Below are positions 39,966 to 51,142 of a stretch of DNA of 62,921 nucleotides, in pieces. The notes under the pieces are model-generated. The model was not told the DNA's origin, did no database searches, and saw nothing but the letters and a program-made list of their open reading frames with translations. The number at the start of each line of letters is the position of its first letter. The stretch's first letter is position 1. The translations under genes and the position numbers were made by a program. This DNA comes from Chthonomonadaceae bacterium (GTDB lineage: Bacteria; Armatimonadota; Chthonomonadetes; Chthonomonadales; Chthonomonadaceae). Location: assembly GCA_035650735.1 (NCBI GenBank), contig DASRGZ010000028.1, forward strand, positions 1-62,921. The letters are read 5' to 3'.

Positions 39966-42521
39966 TCACTTGCCTTCCAGGGCGTCGGCAGCCTCTTTGG
40001 CTGCTTCGCGCACGTCGTTCTGTTTGGCGGCGGTGCTCAGGGCGCGCAGGGCCGCAACCGCCTCCATGTCCTTGCGCTGTTTGAGAGTCTGCGCGGCGGC
40101 GATCTGAACGCCGGGGCTGTTCTCCTCTTTCAGGAAGCCGAGCAGGCCGGCATGGGCCGCTGCGCTTCCGGGCGCGACCTCAGCCAGAGCTTGGATGGCC
40201 CGGATGCGCACAAAGCGAGGATGCGTCGGGGAAGCCGCTTCAAGCAAGACTGGGATGGCGGCCTCGGTATTGGCCCTGGCCAGCGCATTCACCGCCGCCA
40301 GCGTCAGCTGATCATGGAGCGAGTGGGCTTTGATCTGATGCTCGAACACATCCAGGTTGGTGGCGGCGTCCAGACGGCCCAGCCCCGCAAGCGCCGCCTG
40401 CACCACACGGTACGGTTCTGTATCGCTGCCGGCGGCGGCGCGCAGGCGAGCCACATCCTCCGGGTTGCGGGGAAGGCTTCCGAGCGCCTGCAATGCGGCA
40501 GCGCGGCGCGTCAGATCCTTGGAGGCCGCCTGCTCCCGGAACAGCGGGCGCAGCGCCTCCTTGCGAGCGTCCTCCAGCTTGAGGCCGCCCAGTATATCCA
40601 GCAGCGAGGCCGCCGCCTCATTGCTGGACTCGGCGCGGACGGCCTCTACGAGTAACTGGACGGTGGACTCCTCCGGGGCGCTGTTGCTGCCGACCAGTTG
40701 ACGCGCCGCCTCCACGCGATCCAGGCTGGTGGGCGCGTAGCGCAGGATGGCGGGCAGCTCGCTCGCAGCCCAATTGAGCTTTATCTCCTTGATCAGGTCA
40801 TGGTCAGGGTCAATCAGCACGGCGTCGGGCTTGACGGAGACTTGCAGCCGGCCACCGCCGTCGGCCTGGTTGATGGTCAGGGTCCATCTGCCGATAGGGG
40901 TTTTCAGGTCGGGAAAGCCGTCCTTGCGAATCAGGGCCACCGTGAGCGGGAGGTTATAGATGGGCGTGCCGTCGGAGGTGTCCTGCGTCTGCTTGACGTT
41001 CAGCACGACCGCCTTGCCCGCCTCGTCATACGACCAGGTGTAGGTCAGCACCGGATGCCCCGGCTTGAAGACCCACTGATCAAAGAACGGTGCGACGTTG
41101 CGCCCGGTCTCCTCCGTGATCGCCTCGACCAGGTCGTGCGTGTCTACCGGCTGAAAGGCGTGGACGCGCAGATAGTGGCCCAATCCCCGGAAGAAGTCGG
41201 CGTCTCCCAATTCACGGCGCAGCATGTGCAGCACTAGCCCGCCCTTGGAGTAGGTGTGGGCGTCGAACAGGTTGTCCGGCCTGTCATAAAGCCGCGTGGA
41301 GATGGGTCGCTTATAGCGGCGGGACTCGAAGAGATAGCTCTGCAGAGCGCCGTCCCGCTCCCGGTCGTAGCGGTCTTTGCCCTCCAGGTGCTCCATGTAA
41401 AGCATCTCAAAGAAGGTGGCGAACCCCTCGTTGAGCCAGGCATCGCCCCAATCCCGGCAGGTCACCAGGTCGCCGAACCACTGATGGGCCAGCTCATGGG
41501 CCGTCAGGCGCGACATGGGCCAGACGCCGCTGCGCTTGTCGGCCAGGGCGCGCTCGCCCAGGGTCGTGGCGCTGACGTTCTCCATGCCGCCTGGGAAATC
41601 GAATACGGCCGATTGCGCGTATTTCATCCAGGGATATTTGACGCCCAGCACATTCGAGAAAAATTGCAGCATGTCCGGCGTGTTGCCGAACGAGGGCGGG
41701 GCCAGGCTGGCTCTGCCCCTGGGCACCACATAATAGAGCGGCACGCCCGCCCAGCTGGCCTTGCGGATGTCCTCCTCGCCGCCCACCAGCGAGAGCAGGT
41801 AGGTGGAGTGCGGCTGCTTCATGGTCCAGCGGAAGGTGCGGGTATGTCGGCTGGCGTCATACGTCGTCCCAGTCTGGACGCCGTTGCCGATGACTTCCCA
41901 GTTTTCCGGCACCGTCACAATGGTTTCACTGGTGCATTTGTCGTTGGGGGCATCGTAGCAGGGCACCCAGTTGTGGTTGGTGGCGGTCTCGCCCTGCGTC
42001 CAGAAGCCGGGGCGGCGTTCCGGGTCTTGCGGGTCGGCATCTACCCAGTGGAAGCCGCCGACACCGTTGGCGCCGCCGAACGCGCCGCCTCCGGGCATCT
42101 CGTAGCGGATCTCGACGGCGACCTCTTTGCCGCGCGGAAGCGGCGCGGGCGGCGTGAGCGTCAGCGCATCCCCTTCATGGACAAAGGCCACGCGTTCGCC
42201 ATCTATGCGGCACTCCTGTATCTTGAGGTTGGCGCCGGCGTCCAGGCGGATCAGGCCCAATCTATCCCGCAGCGGGGCTAGGTAGTGCGTGACGATTCCG
42301 CGCGCGGAATGGGCGGCAGGGTTCACCTCGAATACCAGGCGCAGATGGCGCACATGGTAGTCCCGGTCGCGAGCGTAGTGGACGGTGGCGCGGGGAGGCT
42401 GAAAGGGATTGCCGGCGCTGCGCTGCCTCTGGGCAGAGGCGGGCGCCAGGATGAGTCCCAACAGGCAGCACACTGCTGCAAGGTCGAACGCAGGGGAAAA
42501 TCGGGCTAACGGAGGCTTCAC
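39966..42521 (-). CDS. Secreted M1-family aminopeptidase with C-terminal HEAT repeats
   Basis: GGMEN, HELAHQWFGD..W....LNEGFATF (HEXXH-X18-E), YSKGG.VLHML. Confidence 0.94.
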   Translation of the reverse strand: MKPPLARFSPAFDLAAVCCLLGLILAPASAQRQRSAGNPFQPPRATVHYARDRDYHVRHLRLVFEVNPAAHSARGIVTHYLAPLRDRLGLIRLDAGANLKIQECRIDGERVAFVHEGDALTLTPPAPLPRGKEVAVEIRYEMPGGGAFGGANGVGGFHWVDADPQDPERRPGFWTQGETATNHNWVPCYDAPNDKCTSETIVTVPENWEVIGNGVQTGTTYDASRHTRTFRWTMKQPHSTYLLSLVGGEEDIRKASWAGVPLYYVVPRGRASLAPPSFGNTPDMLQFFSNVLGVKYPWMKYAQSAVFDFPGGMENVSATTLGERALADKRSGVWPMSRLTAHELAHQWFGDLVTCRDWGDAWLNEGFATFFEMLYMEHLEGKDRYDRERDGALQSYLFESRRYKRPISTRLYDRPDNLFDAHTYSKGGLVLHMLRRELGDADFFRGLGHYLRVHAFQPVDTHDLVEAITEETGRNVAPFFDQWVFKPGHPVLTYTWSYDEAGKAVVLNVKQTQDTSDGTPIYNLPLTVALIRKDGFPDLKTPIGRWTLTINQADGGGRLQVSVKPDAVLIDPDHDLIKEIKLNWAASELPAILRYAPTSLDRVEAARQLVGSNSAPEESTVQLLVEAVRAESSNEAAASLLDILGGLKLEDARKEALRPLFREQAASKDLTRRAAALQALGSLPRNPEDVARLRAAAGSDTEPYRVVQAALAGLGRLDAATNLDVFEHQIKAHSLHDQLTLAAVNALARANTEAAIPVLLEAASPTHPRFVRIRAIQALAEVAPGSAAAHAGLLGFLKEENSPGVQIAAAQTLKQRKDMEAVAALRALSTAAKQNDVREAAKEAADALEGK

Positions 42522-42749
42522 CAGAAAACTCCTGAGCGGAATTGAGAGACCGAGGCATGGCCGGCTCTCGCGTAGGTTCGTCTTCCCCCGGCCCTATTCC
42601 TGCCCTGGATAGCACTTGACGCCGGGCACGGAAAGTACCCGTCTCTAGGGCCTGCGGCCAAGCGTCCTGGCGGACGCACAGCCAAGCCAGGTTTTCCGTC
42701 CGAAGGACGGTTGGCGGCGCAGCCGCCCTCTAGACGGGTATTTTCAATG

Positions 42750-42890
42750 CCCGGCTCTAGGGCCTGCAATGGACTGCAAGGGTCGCGCCTACAACGGTTC
42801 GGCCACTGCAAGGGTCGGCAGGGTTACGGCCCCTGCCTCCGCCTTGCAACACCTGACGACAGCGCTCTGCCTTGCGACTGGCGGACGCAA
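42750..42890 (+). repeat. Hairpin-unit element copy (internal units only)
   Basis: ACTGCAAGGGTCGCGCCTACAACGGTTCGGCC-ACTGCAAGGGTCGGCAGGGTTACGGCCCCTGCCTCCGCCTTGC, homologous to 62740-62850. Confidence 0.75.
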
Positions 42891-43143
42891 AAAACGCAAA
42901 AGCGCCGACAACGGAAGGACCCTGAGCGCCGGGGCCGGGCCTTCCGTTCTCCCTCGAAAAATCCCGAAAAAATCAGGACGGTGCCAGGCTTACAATTGGG
43001 CCTATCGCCTCATGCGCAACACCTGCCGTTGCCTTACAATAGGGACAACAGAGAGCGATGGGGCGCACAGAGGAATACAGAGGCCGGGACGTGAATAGTC
43101 AGCCGGTCTGCGCCCGGAAAGAGGAAGGAAGGGAGTGCAGTGC

Positions 43144-44022
43144 ATGGAACCGCAAGACAGCAACCAACGGCAGCAGCTTGCAGGGAGTGTCAGGGAGCGA
43201 GTGGATATCGTGCTTCCAGCCGGCGGGCGCATCTCCGGCGAGTTCGCGCGGATAGCGGGCACGGAGATCAAAGCGCTCATCCACCTGGGCGGGCAGACTC
43301 TCTTGCAGCGCGCTATCGAGGTCTTTCGGGCTACCGGGCGCGTCGAGCGCATCGTGGTGGTCGGGCCGGAGGCGGCGCTGGCGGAGGCGCGCGCTGCCGG
43401 CGTGGAGGGAGCTATTCTGGAGGGCGTGAGCGGGCCGGAAAACTTCCTGCGCGGCCTGCAATGGCTACAGGAGCAGAATGGGGGGCACGCGCCGCGCGCT
43501 CTCCTCTCCACGACCGACCTGCCCTTCCTCACGCCGGAAGCTATCAACGCCTACCTGGATGCCTGCCCGCCGCAGGCCGACGTTGCCGTTCCCGTCATCA
43601 CCCGGCAGGCGTTTGAGGCGCGTTTCCCCGGCACACAGAACATCTTTGTGCCTCTTCGCGAGGGAGCCATCACCATCGGCTGCGTCTTCCTGATTAACCC
43701 GGAGACCCTGCTCAACAACCGCCCGCACATCGAGCGGATTTTCCAGGCGCGCAAAAGCCAGTGGCAGATGGCGCGGCTGGTGGGCTGGCGCACCGTCGCG
43801 CGCTTTGCTACCCGGCAGTTGACCATTCGCGCCATCGAGGAACGCTGCGGGCAGATACTTGGCTGCACCGGCGTCGGCGTCCGCGATTGCGCCCCGGAAC
43901 TGGGCTTCGATATTGACCTGCCGCAAGAATACGAGTACGCTCGCGCCTACTACGCCCACCAGGCCGCGCTCCAGGCCCACCTGGAGGAAGGCAGCCAGCC
44001 CGCGCGCGAGGCCCTGCGTTGA
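43144..44022 (+). CDS. MobA-like nucleotidyltransferase family protein
   Basis: VLPAGG, KALI.LGG.TLL, TDLPFLT, FDID. Confidence 0.85.
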   Translation: MEPQDSNQRQQLAGSVRERVDIVLPAGGRISGEFARIAGTEIKALIHLGGQTLLQRAIEVFRATGRVERIVVVGPEAALAEARAAGVEGAILEGVSGPENFLRGLQWLQEQNGGHAPRALLSTTDLPFLTPEAINAYLDACPPQADVAVPVITRQAFEARFPGTQNIFVPLREGAITIGCVFLINPETLLNNRPHIERIFQARKSQWQMARLVGWRTVARFATRQLTIRAIEERCGQILGCTGVGVRDCAPELGFDIDLPQEYEYARAYYAHQAALQAHLEEGSQPAREALR

Positions 44023-44036
44023 GAGGAGATAACCCC

Positions 44037-45404
44037 ATGGAACGCCCAACAGAGGCCGGAACAGAGGCAACGCTCCCCGATTCCAACGGGCAAGACCCTT
44101 CCCTTGCCGCGCAGGCGATTGTGGCAGGGGAAGTGGAGGAAGCGCAGGGAGAGGCGTCTGAGCCGCAGCAGCCACTTTCTCCCCTGCAATCCTTCTGGTA
44201 CTGCGTGGCGAACCTGGGATACGGCGCCTTCTACTCATTTAACAACGCCGTGCTGCCGCTGTTCCTGCAAAACTACACGCAGGATGCCCGGCTGATCGGA
44301 TTGATGGGCAGCACCCACTCGTTTGAGGGCGCGGTAATCCAGCCGGTCGTCGGCTCAGCCAGCGACCGGCTCCGTACCCGCTTAGGCCGCCGCCGTCCCT
44401 TTATGCTGGTATTTACTCCGCTCTCCGCGCTGTTTATGCTCCTCACGCCGGCGGCCAGCCACCTGCCGATAGGCGTGCGCCTGACCGCCATCGTGGGGTG
44501 TATCTTCCTGTTTACCGTCTTTTTCAACGTAGCCTTCGATCCCTATCAGGCCCTGATGCCCGACATCACGCCGGAGCCGCAGCGCGGGCGCGTGATGGGC
44601 CTGTGGGCGTTCCTGGGCGTTCTGGGCCAGGCAGCGCTGGTGATGCTGCCGCAGCCTCCCGCCGTAAAGTTTGGCATCGTCGCGGTCCTGATGCTCATCA
44701 CCACCGGCTGGACCTGCGCCATGATACGAGAGCCGCGCCACCCCGCCCATTCGGCTGCGGATAAAAGCCACTGGCAGGAAGTCTTCATTGCGCTGCGGGG
44801 ACTACGCATCTTGCGGCAGGCGCGCCGGTCGTTGATTGCGCTCTTCTTCTCGGGCATCGGCATCGGCGCGGTACTGCCCTTCCTGACTCTCTTTGTCGAG
44901 AAGATCGCCGGAGCCAACGACCAGCAGGCGCAGCGGATGTTTCTGGTGCTGATGCTGGCGACGGCGGCGGGCGTGATTCCCTGCGGCTGGCTTACCGACC
45001 GAATCGGGCCCAAGCGCATGCTGCTTCTGGGCCTGGCATTGATCGCGCTTGCTTCCCTGAACGGCCTGTGGGTGACCAACTTGACCCAGATCACTCTCGT
45101 CATGATCCTGGCCGGGTTGGGGAACGCGGCCCAGAGCGCCTCCGCCTATCCGCTGCTGACGGAACTGGTGCCTGCGGAGGAGATCGGCTTCTACACGGGC
45201 CTCCAGACCACCGCCCTCTCGGTTGCCAGCCCACTGACGTCCGTCCTCACCGGGGAATTGGTGAACCAGGGAGGCTACCGGCTTATCTTCGTCGTCTGCG
45301 CCGCCAGCATCCTGATCGCGCTAGGGGTTCTGGCTCTTGTTTCTCTCCAGGCCGCCAGGGACGAGGTCGGCCTGCGGAACCGGCAGCAGGGACGCGCGCC
45401 TTAG
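44037..45404 (+). CDS. MFS transporter
   Basis: About 12 TM; GSASDRLRTRLGRRRPF, PYQALMPD, GWLTDRIG. Confidence 0.92.
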   Translation: MERPTEAGTEATLPDSNGQDPSLAAQAIVAGEVEEAQGEASEPQQPLSPLQSFWYCVANLGYGAFYSFNNAVLPLFLQNYTQDARLIGLMGSTHSFEGAVIQPVVGSASDRLRTRLGRRRPFMLVFTPLSALFMLLTPAASHLPIGVRLTAIVGCIFLFTVFFNVAFDPYQALMPDITPEPQRGRVMGLWAFLGVLGQAALVMLPQPPAVKFGIVAVLMLITTGWTCAMIREPRHPAHSAADKSHWQEVFIALRGLRILRQARRSLIALFFSGIGIGAVLPFLTLFVEKIAGANDQQAQRMFLVLMLATAAGVIPCGWLTDRIGPKRMLLLGLALIALASLNGLWVTNLTQITLVMILAGLGNAAQSASAYPLLTELVPAEEIGFYTGLQTTALSVASPLTSVLTGELVNQGGYRLIFVVCAASILIALGVLALVSLQAARDEVGLRNRQQGRAP

Positions 45405-45427
45405 AGTATATCCGGTGCCTTTTGGCA

Positions 45428-45582
45428 GCCCACCCGTAAACGAGTGGGCTGCGGACGGCAAGCCCGCTCAAGCGGGCTACGCGAGGTGGGTTAGTCCCCT
45501 ATAGGAGCTATAAGTAAGGAAGGTTAGCCCCCTTCAGGGGGCTTGCCGCCCACAGCCCGGTCCTTTAGGGCCGGGCGGAGCT
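45428..45582. repeat. REP doublet family A, copy 2
   Basis: Matches 32692-32829; two inverted double-hairpin arms. Confidence 0.8.
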
Positions 45583-45603
45583 CGTAAGAGAAGTCGGTCA
45601 TCT

Positions 45604-46497
45604 ATGCTTATACGCACCCTCAGCGCGATTGTTGGAGCGGGCCTGTGGCTGGCGATCTGTTTTGGCGGCGCGCTCATCTTTGCGGGCGGCATTACGATCC
45701 TGACGGCGCTGGCTACCTATGAGTTCGTTACCGCGTATCGGCGCGCGCTGGCGGTGGAACGTAACGCAGGCTCAGGCGCGCAGACGCTTCCCACCGACAC
45801 CTGGCTCAATCCGGCCATCGCCTGGTGCGGTGTGGCGTGGCCGCTTCTGGCCTCTGGAGTCAGCCGGGGCCGGTTCGGCTCCGTGCAAACGTATGCGCTC
45901 TTGCTGGCGTTGCTGGTCGGGCTTTTCGCTGTCCGTGTTCCGATTGCTGCGCGCACCGGGCAGCCGCTAGGCCGGTTCCGCGCCCTCTACGGCCTGGTAG
46001 CGCTGGGATATATCGGGCTGCTGTTTAGCAGCTTCGTGCTGGTGCGCGGGCTGCCGGGCCGCCTCGTCGTGCCACCCTTAGGTGCCGCAGACCGGGGCGC
46101 CTGGCTGATGCTGTTCGTGTCCGCGTGCGTCTGGGCGACCGACACCTTCGCCTACCTCGTCGGGCGGGCGCTCGGCAGGCGCAAACTGGCTCTCTCCCTC
46201 TCTCCCGGCAAAACCATCGAAGGCGCCCTGGGCGGCTTGCTCGGCGCCGTGCTGGTCGGCGGACTCTTGGGCTTATGGATCGGCCTGCCGCCCGTACACG
46301 GTTTGGCGGTTGGGGCGATTGCAGGCGTGATCGGGCAAGTCGGCGACCTGTTTGAGTCGGCGCTCAAGCGCGAGATCGGCATCAAGGACTTCGGCGCGAT
46401 CATGCCGGGGCACGGCGGCGCGCTCGACCGATTCGACAGCCTCCTCTTCGTCGCGCCGATTGCCTTCCTGTATTTGCGCTGCCTCGTCGGGGTTTAA
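45604..46497 (+). CDS. cdsA: Phosphatidate cytidylyltransferase
   Basis: WATDTFAY..GR..G, SPGKTIEG, GDLFESALKR..GIKDFG..MPGHGG.LDRFDS signature. Confidence 0.95.
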   Translation: MLIRTLSAIVGAGLWLAICFGGALIFAGGITILTALATYEFVTAYRRALAVERNAGSGAQTLPTDTWLNPAIAWCGVAWPLLASGVSRGRFGSVQTYALLLALLVGLFAVRVPIAARTGQPLGRFRALYGLVALGYIGLLFSSFVLVRGLPGRLVVPPLGAADRGAWLMLFVSACVWATDTFAYLVGRALGRRKLALSLSPGKTIEGALGGLLGAVLVGGLLGLWIGLPPVHGLAVGAIAGVIGQVGDLFESALKREIGIKDFGAIMPGHGGALDRFDSLLFVAPIAFLYLRCLVGV

Positions 46498-46517
46498 GAA
46501 GAAACCACCCGCTGCGC

Positions 46518-46580
46518 TAGAGGCACAGAGACACAGAGGAAACACGGAGAAACACAAAGAGAGAAAGACAAAGGGAGATA
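46518..46580 (+). repeat. Purine-rich degenerate CACAGAGA tandem units
   Basis: GAGGCACAGAGACACAGAGGAAACACGGAGAAACACAAAGAGAGAAAGACAAAG. Confidence 0.55.
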
Positions 46581-46612
46581 CGGACCTGTTCGTCCTTTGA
46601 AAAGGAAGCTGC

Positions 46613-47650
<1,038 letters not shown>

Positions 47651-47662
47651 GGTTCCAGAGGT

Positions 47663-48445
47663 TTAATCTCCTGGCAGACAGTTGGCGAGCAGGTTGCGGG
47701 CCATGCGCCGATAACCTTCGGAGAGCAGTACCGTCATGTTGCGCACGTCTTCGGCGTTGTAGGCCAGCAGCGTCTCCAGGGAGCTTTCCCGGCCCCGCCG
47801 GTACTCACGCCAGAGGCGCACGGCGTCCCAGCCGGACAGCCCAGTGGTTTGTGGGCTGCGCTGGATTCCGAACTGGGTCTCGATGCGCTTTAGGCCGCCC
47901 CGGAACCCCAGCTTCTTGAGCATAAAGCACAGGTCTACGTGCATCTGCGGCATGGGCAGATGCGGGAAGGCGCGGCGCAGGAAGGGCAGATCGAACCCGG
48001 AGCCGAAAAAGGTGACCAGAATGGCCGCGTCCTGCAGAGCCTCCGGGAACTGCTCCAGGTTCTGCCCCCGCACATACTGGCGCAGCCGCCATCCGTCGAA
48101 GACCCCGACCACCGTCAGGTCGTTCGGGTCCATGCCGCCGTTCGTCTCGATGTCCACAAACGCCAGACGATGGCCGAACGCCGGAACGGCCCGCCAGTAT
48201 TCGCTGGCAGGAAGCCGCTCGGCAAACCACCGGAAATCTTCCTGCTCCAGCCGCCACTGCGACTCCAGGACGGTTGGCCTCAGCAGGGCGCGCTGGGCGC
48301 GCGTGAGCGGCCAGGCGCTTTCCGGCGCGGCGAGATAGGTATTCCAATTGCGCGCCCCGGCCTGCCAGAGCCGCATCTCGGTCGTGCGCCCGATGCCCTG
48401 CGCGTGCAAAAAGGTAGCTTCCAGAAGAGAGGGAGGCGCGTTCAC
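47663..48445 (-). CDS. RNase H-like (YprB-type) exonuclease domain protein
   Basis: GTG start after AAAGGAAG; GIG..TE..LW, FVDIET, FDLPFL, GGLK.IE, YNAED. Confidence 0.88.
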   Translation of the reverse strand: MNAPPSLLEATFLHAQGIGRTTEMRLWQAGARNWNTYLAAPESAWPLTRAQRALLRPTVLESQWRLEQEDFRWFAERLPASEYWRAVPAFGHRLAFVDIETNGGMDPNDLTVVGVFDGWRLRQYVRGQNLEQFPEALQDAAILVTFFGSGFDLPFLRRAFPHLPMPQMHVDLCFMLKKLGFRGGLKRIETQFGIQRSPQTTGLSGWDAVRLWREYRRGRESSLETLLAYNAEDVRNMTVLLSEGYRRMARNLLANCLPGD

Positions 48446-48605
48446 GATCTTCCTTTCCAGCGCGGCCAGGCTATCTCCGCCACGCGATAGACAGAGAGGA
48501 GAATCTTCTCCCACGGCAGAATACGCCGTGCGCCCTCTCGATTCCTCAGTGTTTTGCCGGGTAAAATCTAGCCGTGGTGTAATTTGTAGGGAAGGGCATG
48601 CCAAA

Positions 48606-49718
48606 ATGTCAAACCTCGCAATTCAGGTAACTCAGGATGGCTCCAGCTACCGGCATCAACTCCAGCTTAACGGCGAGTACGTCAGCGGCCTCACCGTCGT
48701 GGACCTGGTGATGCGGGTCGGCGTCGCCTCCGTGCATATGGGCGGCATTGCCGGCGTGGAGACCGAGCGCGCGCACCGGAAAAAGGGCTACGCGCGGCAG
48801 GTGCTGGAAAACAGCAACCGCTGGATGGTCGCGCACGAATATGACTGCGCGATCCTGTTCGGCATCCCCGATTTTTATGACAAATTCGGTTATGCCGTCT
48901 GCCTGCCCGCCTGCCGCGTGGAGGTGCACACGCGCGATGCGGAGCGCGCCCAGGACTCGCTTTCCGCGCGCCCGTTCGTCCCCGAAGACCTGCCCGCCGT
49001 ACAGGAGATCTATGCCGAGAACAACGCCGACCTCACCGGCAGTATCCTACGCGGCGAGGGGACCGGTTGGTTCCGCAAAGGCTCCTGGTATGGCGATCCG
49101 GCGGAGGCGTTCGTCTTCACTGACGGCGCGGGAGCGATCCGGGCCTATGCCGCCCGCGATAGGACCGAGGAGCGCGTGACCGTCTGCGAGGTTGGCGCGC
49201 TTCAACCGGAATATTTTGCCGACATCGTGCGCTGGGCTGCCGACCGCGCGGTCGAGCTGCGGGTGGAGAAGATCCGCTTCCTGATCCCGCCGGACAGCCT
49301 GTTCAGCGCGTACCTGGATCAGTTTGGGGCCGAGCAGACGCTCACGTTTCCCCGCAATGGCGGCGGCATGGGCCGCATCCTGCGCCTGGCGCCCTTCTTT
49401 GAAAAAACGCTGCCGGAGTGGACCCGGCGAGCGGGCGCAGTTCAGGGCCTGGCGGTGGGCGCTTCCCTGCGCCTGGAGACTGACATCGGCGCGCTCACCC
49501 TGCGCTGGACGGGCGAACAGGTGGAGATGAATGCTTCCGAGCGGGCGTCGGGCCGCGTTCAGTTGCCGCAATCGCGGCTGATGCAGCTGGCGATGGGGTA
49601 TTATAGTTCCGTCCTGGCCCTCCGTTTTGCGAATGTGGAGGGAGAAGGCGACCTCCGCCTGTTCCATGTGCTCTTCCCCCGCCGCCTGGCCTATATGTGG
49701 GTTGCCGACCACTTCTAA
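48606..49718 (+). CDS. Eis-like GNAT N-acetyltransferase
   Basis: MGGIAGVET...HRKKGYAR, LFGIPDFYDKFGY, tandem GNAT plus SCP-like tail ending DHF. Confidence 0.88.
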   Translation: MSNLAIQVTQDGSSYRHQLQLNGEYVSGLTVVDLVMRVGVASVHMGGIAGVETERAHRKKGYARQVLENSNRWMVAHEYDCAILFGIPDFYDKFGYAVCLPACRVEVHTRDAERAQDSLSARPFVPEDLPAVQEIYAENNADLTGSILRGEGTGWFRKGSWYGDPAEAFVFTDGAGAIRAYAARDRTEERVTVCEVGALQPEYFADIVRWAADRAVELRVEKIRFLIPPDSLFSAYLDQFGAEQTLTFPRNGGGMGRILRLAPFFEKTLPEWTRRAGAVQGLAVGASLRLETDIGALTLRWTGEQVEMNASERASGRVQLPQSRLMQLAMGYYSSVLALRFANVEGEGDLRLFHVLFPRRLAYMWVADHF

Positions 49719-49863
49719 AGGAAATAAAAATCTGGCATGTCCGTAACGATGCGGGTTGCTGATCGTCATTTAAAGAAATGGGCGTGCGTTCGGTACGGAC
49801 GATTGTCCTGTTGTCGAAGCGGTAACCACCATTGCCAGATTGGCGAGAAATCGCAGCCTGGTC

Positions 49864-49890
49864 GGAACTCTGTCTGCGGCGCGGGGCGTA
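49864..49890 (+). promoter_or_regulatory. Possible ECF-sigma promoter
   Basis: GGAACT-N17-CGTA upstream of an envelope-protein gene. Confidence 0.3.
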
Positions 49891-49978
49891 GTTCAACTGG
49901 TAGTTCCTGCTGGGCTGTGAGAAGAGTTGCCGGCGGGTTCTGTCCGGTCTTATTGGAGATGCAAGGAAAGGAGTGTAC

Positions 49979-50779
49979 ATGAGTAAGCGTGCTACACAGC
50001 AGCTTAAACAGGCGTCTCTCGCGGCGGCGCTGATGCTGCTTGGCTGCACCGGGCTTGGCCTGGTCACGGCGGGGAACACAGCTTCCGCCACAACGACCGC
50101 CGCCCTCAGCAACAATATCGGCGATTACGTCGCCAGCAGGCTCGACGACTTTACCGCGACCATGCGCGTCACCTATCACGATGACAATGCGCTGCGCAAG
50201 ATCAACAAAGATTTCGGCATGATCTACAAGCTGCAGGGCGACGTGCGCGTCCACTATAAGGACGAAAACAAGCTGCGCCTGGATGCGCGTCTCGGGGCTT
50301 CCAGCGCGACCTTGATCGTCAATGGCACCAAACAGTATGTGCGGCTCTCCGGGCTGGGCATCAAGGACGTCCGCGACCTGGGCGAATCGCCGGGCAAGCG
50401 CAAAACCCTTCTGGATGTCGGGATGCTTTCCCATGGCTATCTCGCCTATACCCATGCCGAATTCCGGGGCACGCGCCCGGTGGACGGTGTGGAGTGCGCC
50501 GTGTTCCGCGTCAGCTACCGCGATAAGAATCTGGATACTTCCCATCGGATCATCTGGGTCGATCCGCGCACTAAAGTGGTGCTCAAGCGCGAAGAGTACA
50601 GCCAGGAAGGCAAACTCAACGCAATCTTCTACTACAGGGCCCCCCATGAGGTCGCTCCGGGAGTCTGGTTCCCCTCACGCATTGAGGTCTTCAACAACGA
50701 AAACCAACGCGCCGGAGAGACGGTCTATCGGGATGTGCACGTCAACACCGGTCTGGAAGACAAGCTGTTCCGCCTCTAG
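49979..50779 (+). CDS. Outer-membrane lipoprotein-sorting (LolA-like fold) protein
   Basis: AAAGGAG RBS; signal peptide; IWVDP.T.V..KREEY, PGVWFP.RIEV.N, V.VNTGL.D.LF. Confidence 0.8.
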   Translation: MSKRATQQLKQASLAAALMLLGCTGLGLVTAGNTASATTTAALSNNIGDYVASRLDDFTATMRVTYHDDNALRKINKDFGMIYKLQGDVRVHYKDENKLRLDARLGASSATLIVNGTKQYVRLSGLGIKDVRDLGESPGKRKTLLDVGMLSHGYLAYTHAEFRGTRPVDGVECAVFRVSYRDKNLDTSHRIIWVDPRTKVVLKREEYSQEGKLNAIFYYRAPHEVAPGVWFPSRIEVFNNENQRAGETVYRDVHVNTGLEDKLFRL

Positions 50780-50923
50780 AGCGTGTGATGCACTTGGGTC
50801 CTCTTGAGGAGATAGGCCAGCCGCTCATTAGAGGCTTGGTGCTCGCTTTTTAGCGAGCCCAAAGCGGTCATCAGCCTCCAAGTCCTCTCTCGAAGCAGGC
50901 AAAAAGGGCATAACACCCTCTAG
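50776..50923. mobile_element. MITE copy 2, inserted at a TAG stop codon
   Basis: CTAGAGCGTGTGATGC ... GCATAACACCCTCTAG; bounded by CTAG at both ends; matches 143-291. Confidence 0.85.
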
Positions 50924-51142
50924 ACGCGCTTCCGCGCCATTGTCCGCTTCCACCAGCCTCGCCCTTGTATAAGAGCGGGGCTGTTTCTTTGCCTGCCCGC
51001 CGTAGCGCCAAATCAATGAGTTAAGGCGAGAACCGCTGCGGCTTTCCGTTGGCCCAACTTTCCTTCGCATAAAAGGGCAGGAAGTCGCCGGCCCGATAAA
51101 GAACACCCTCCGCGTATTCCATTCCCTCAGAAAGGAGCGATC

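Noticed and set aside
49880..49950. tRNA-like start (CGGGGCGTAGTTCAACTGGTAG) with a later GGTTC
   Set aside because: The D-stem cannot pair (GTTC/GTTC), and there is no anticodon arm, proper T-arm or acceptor complement.
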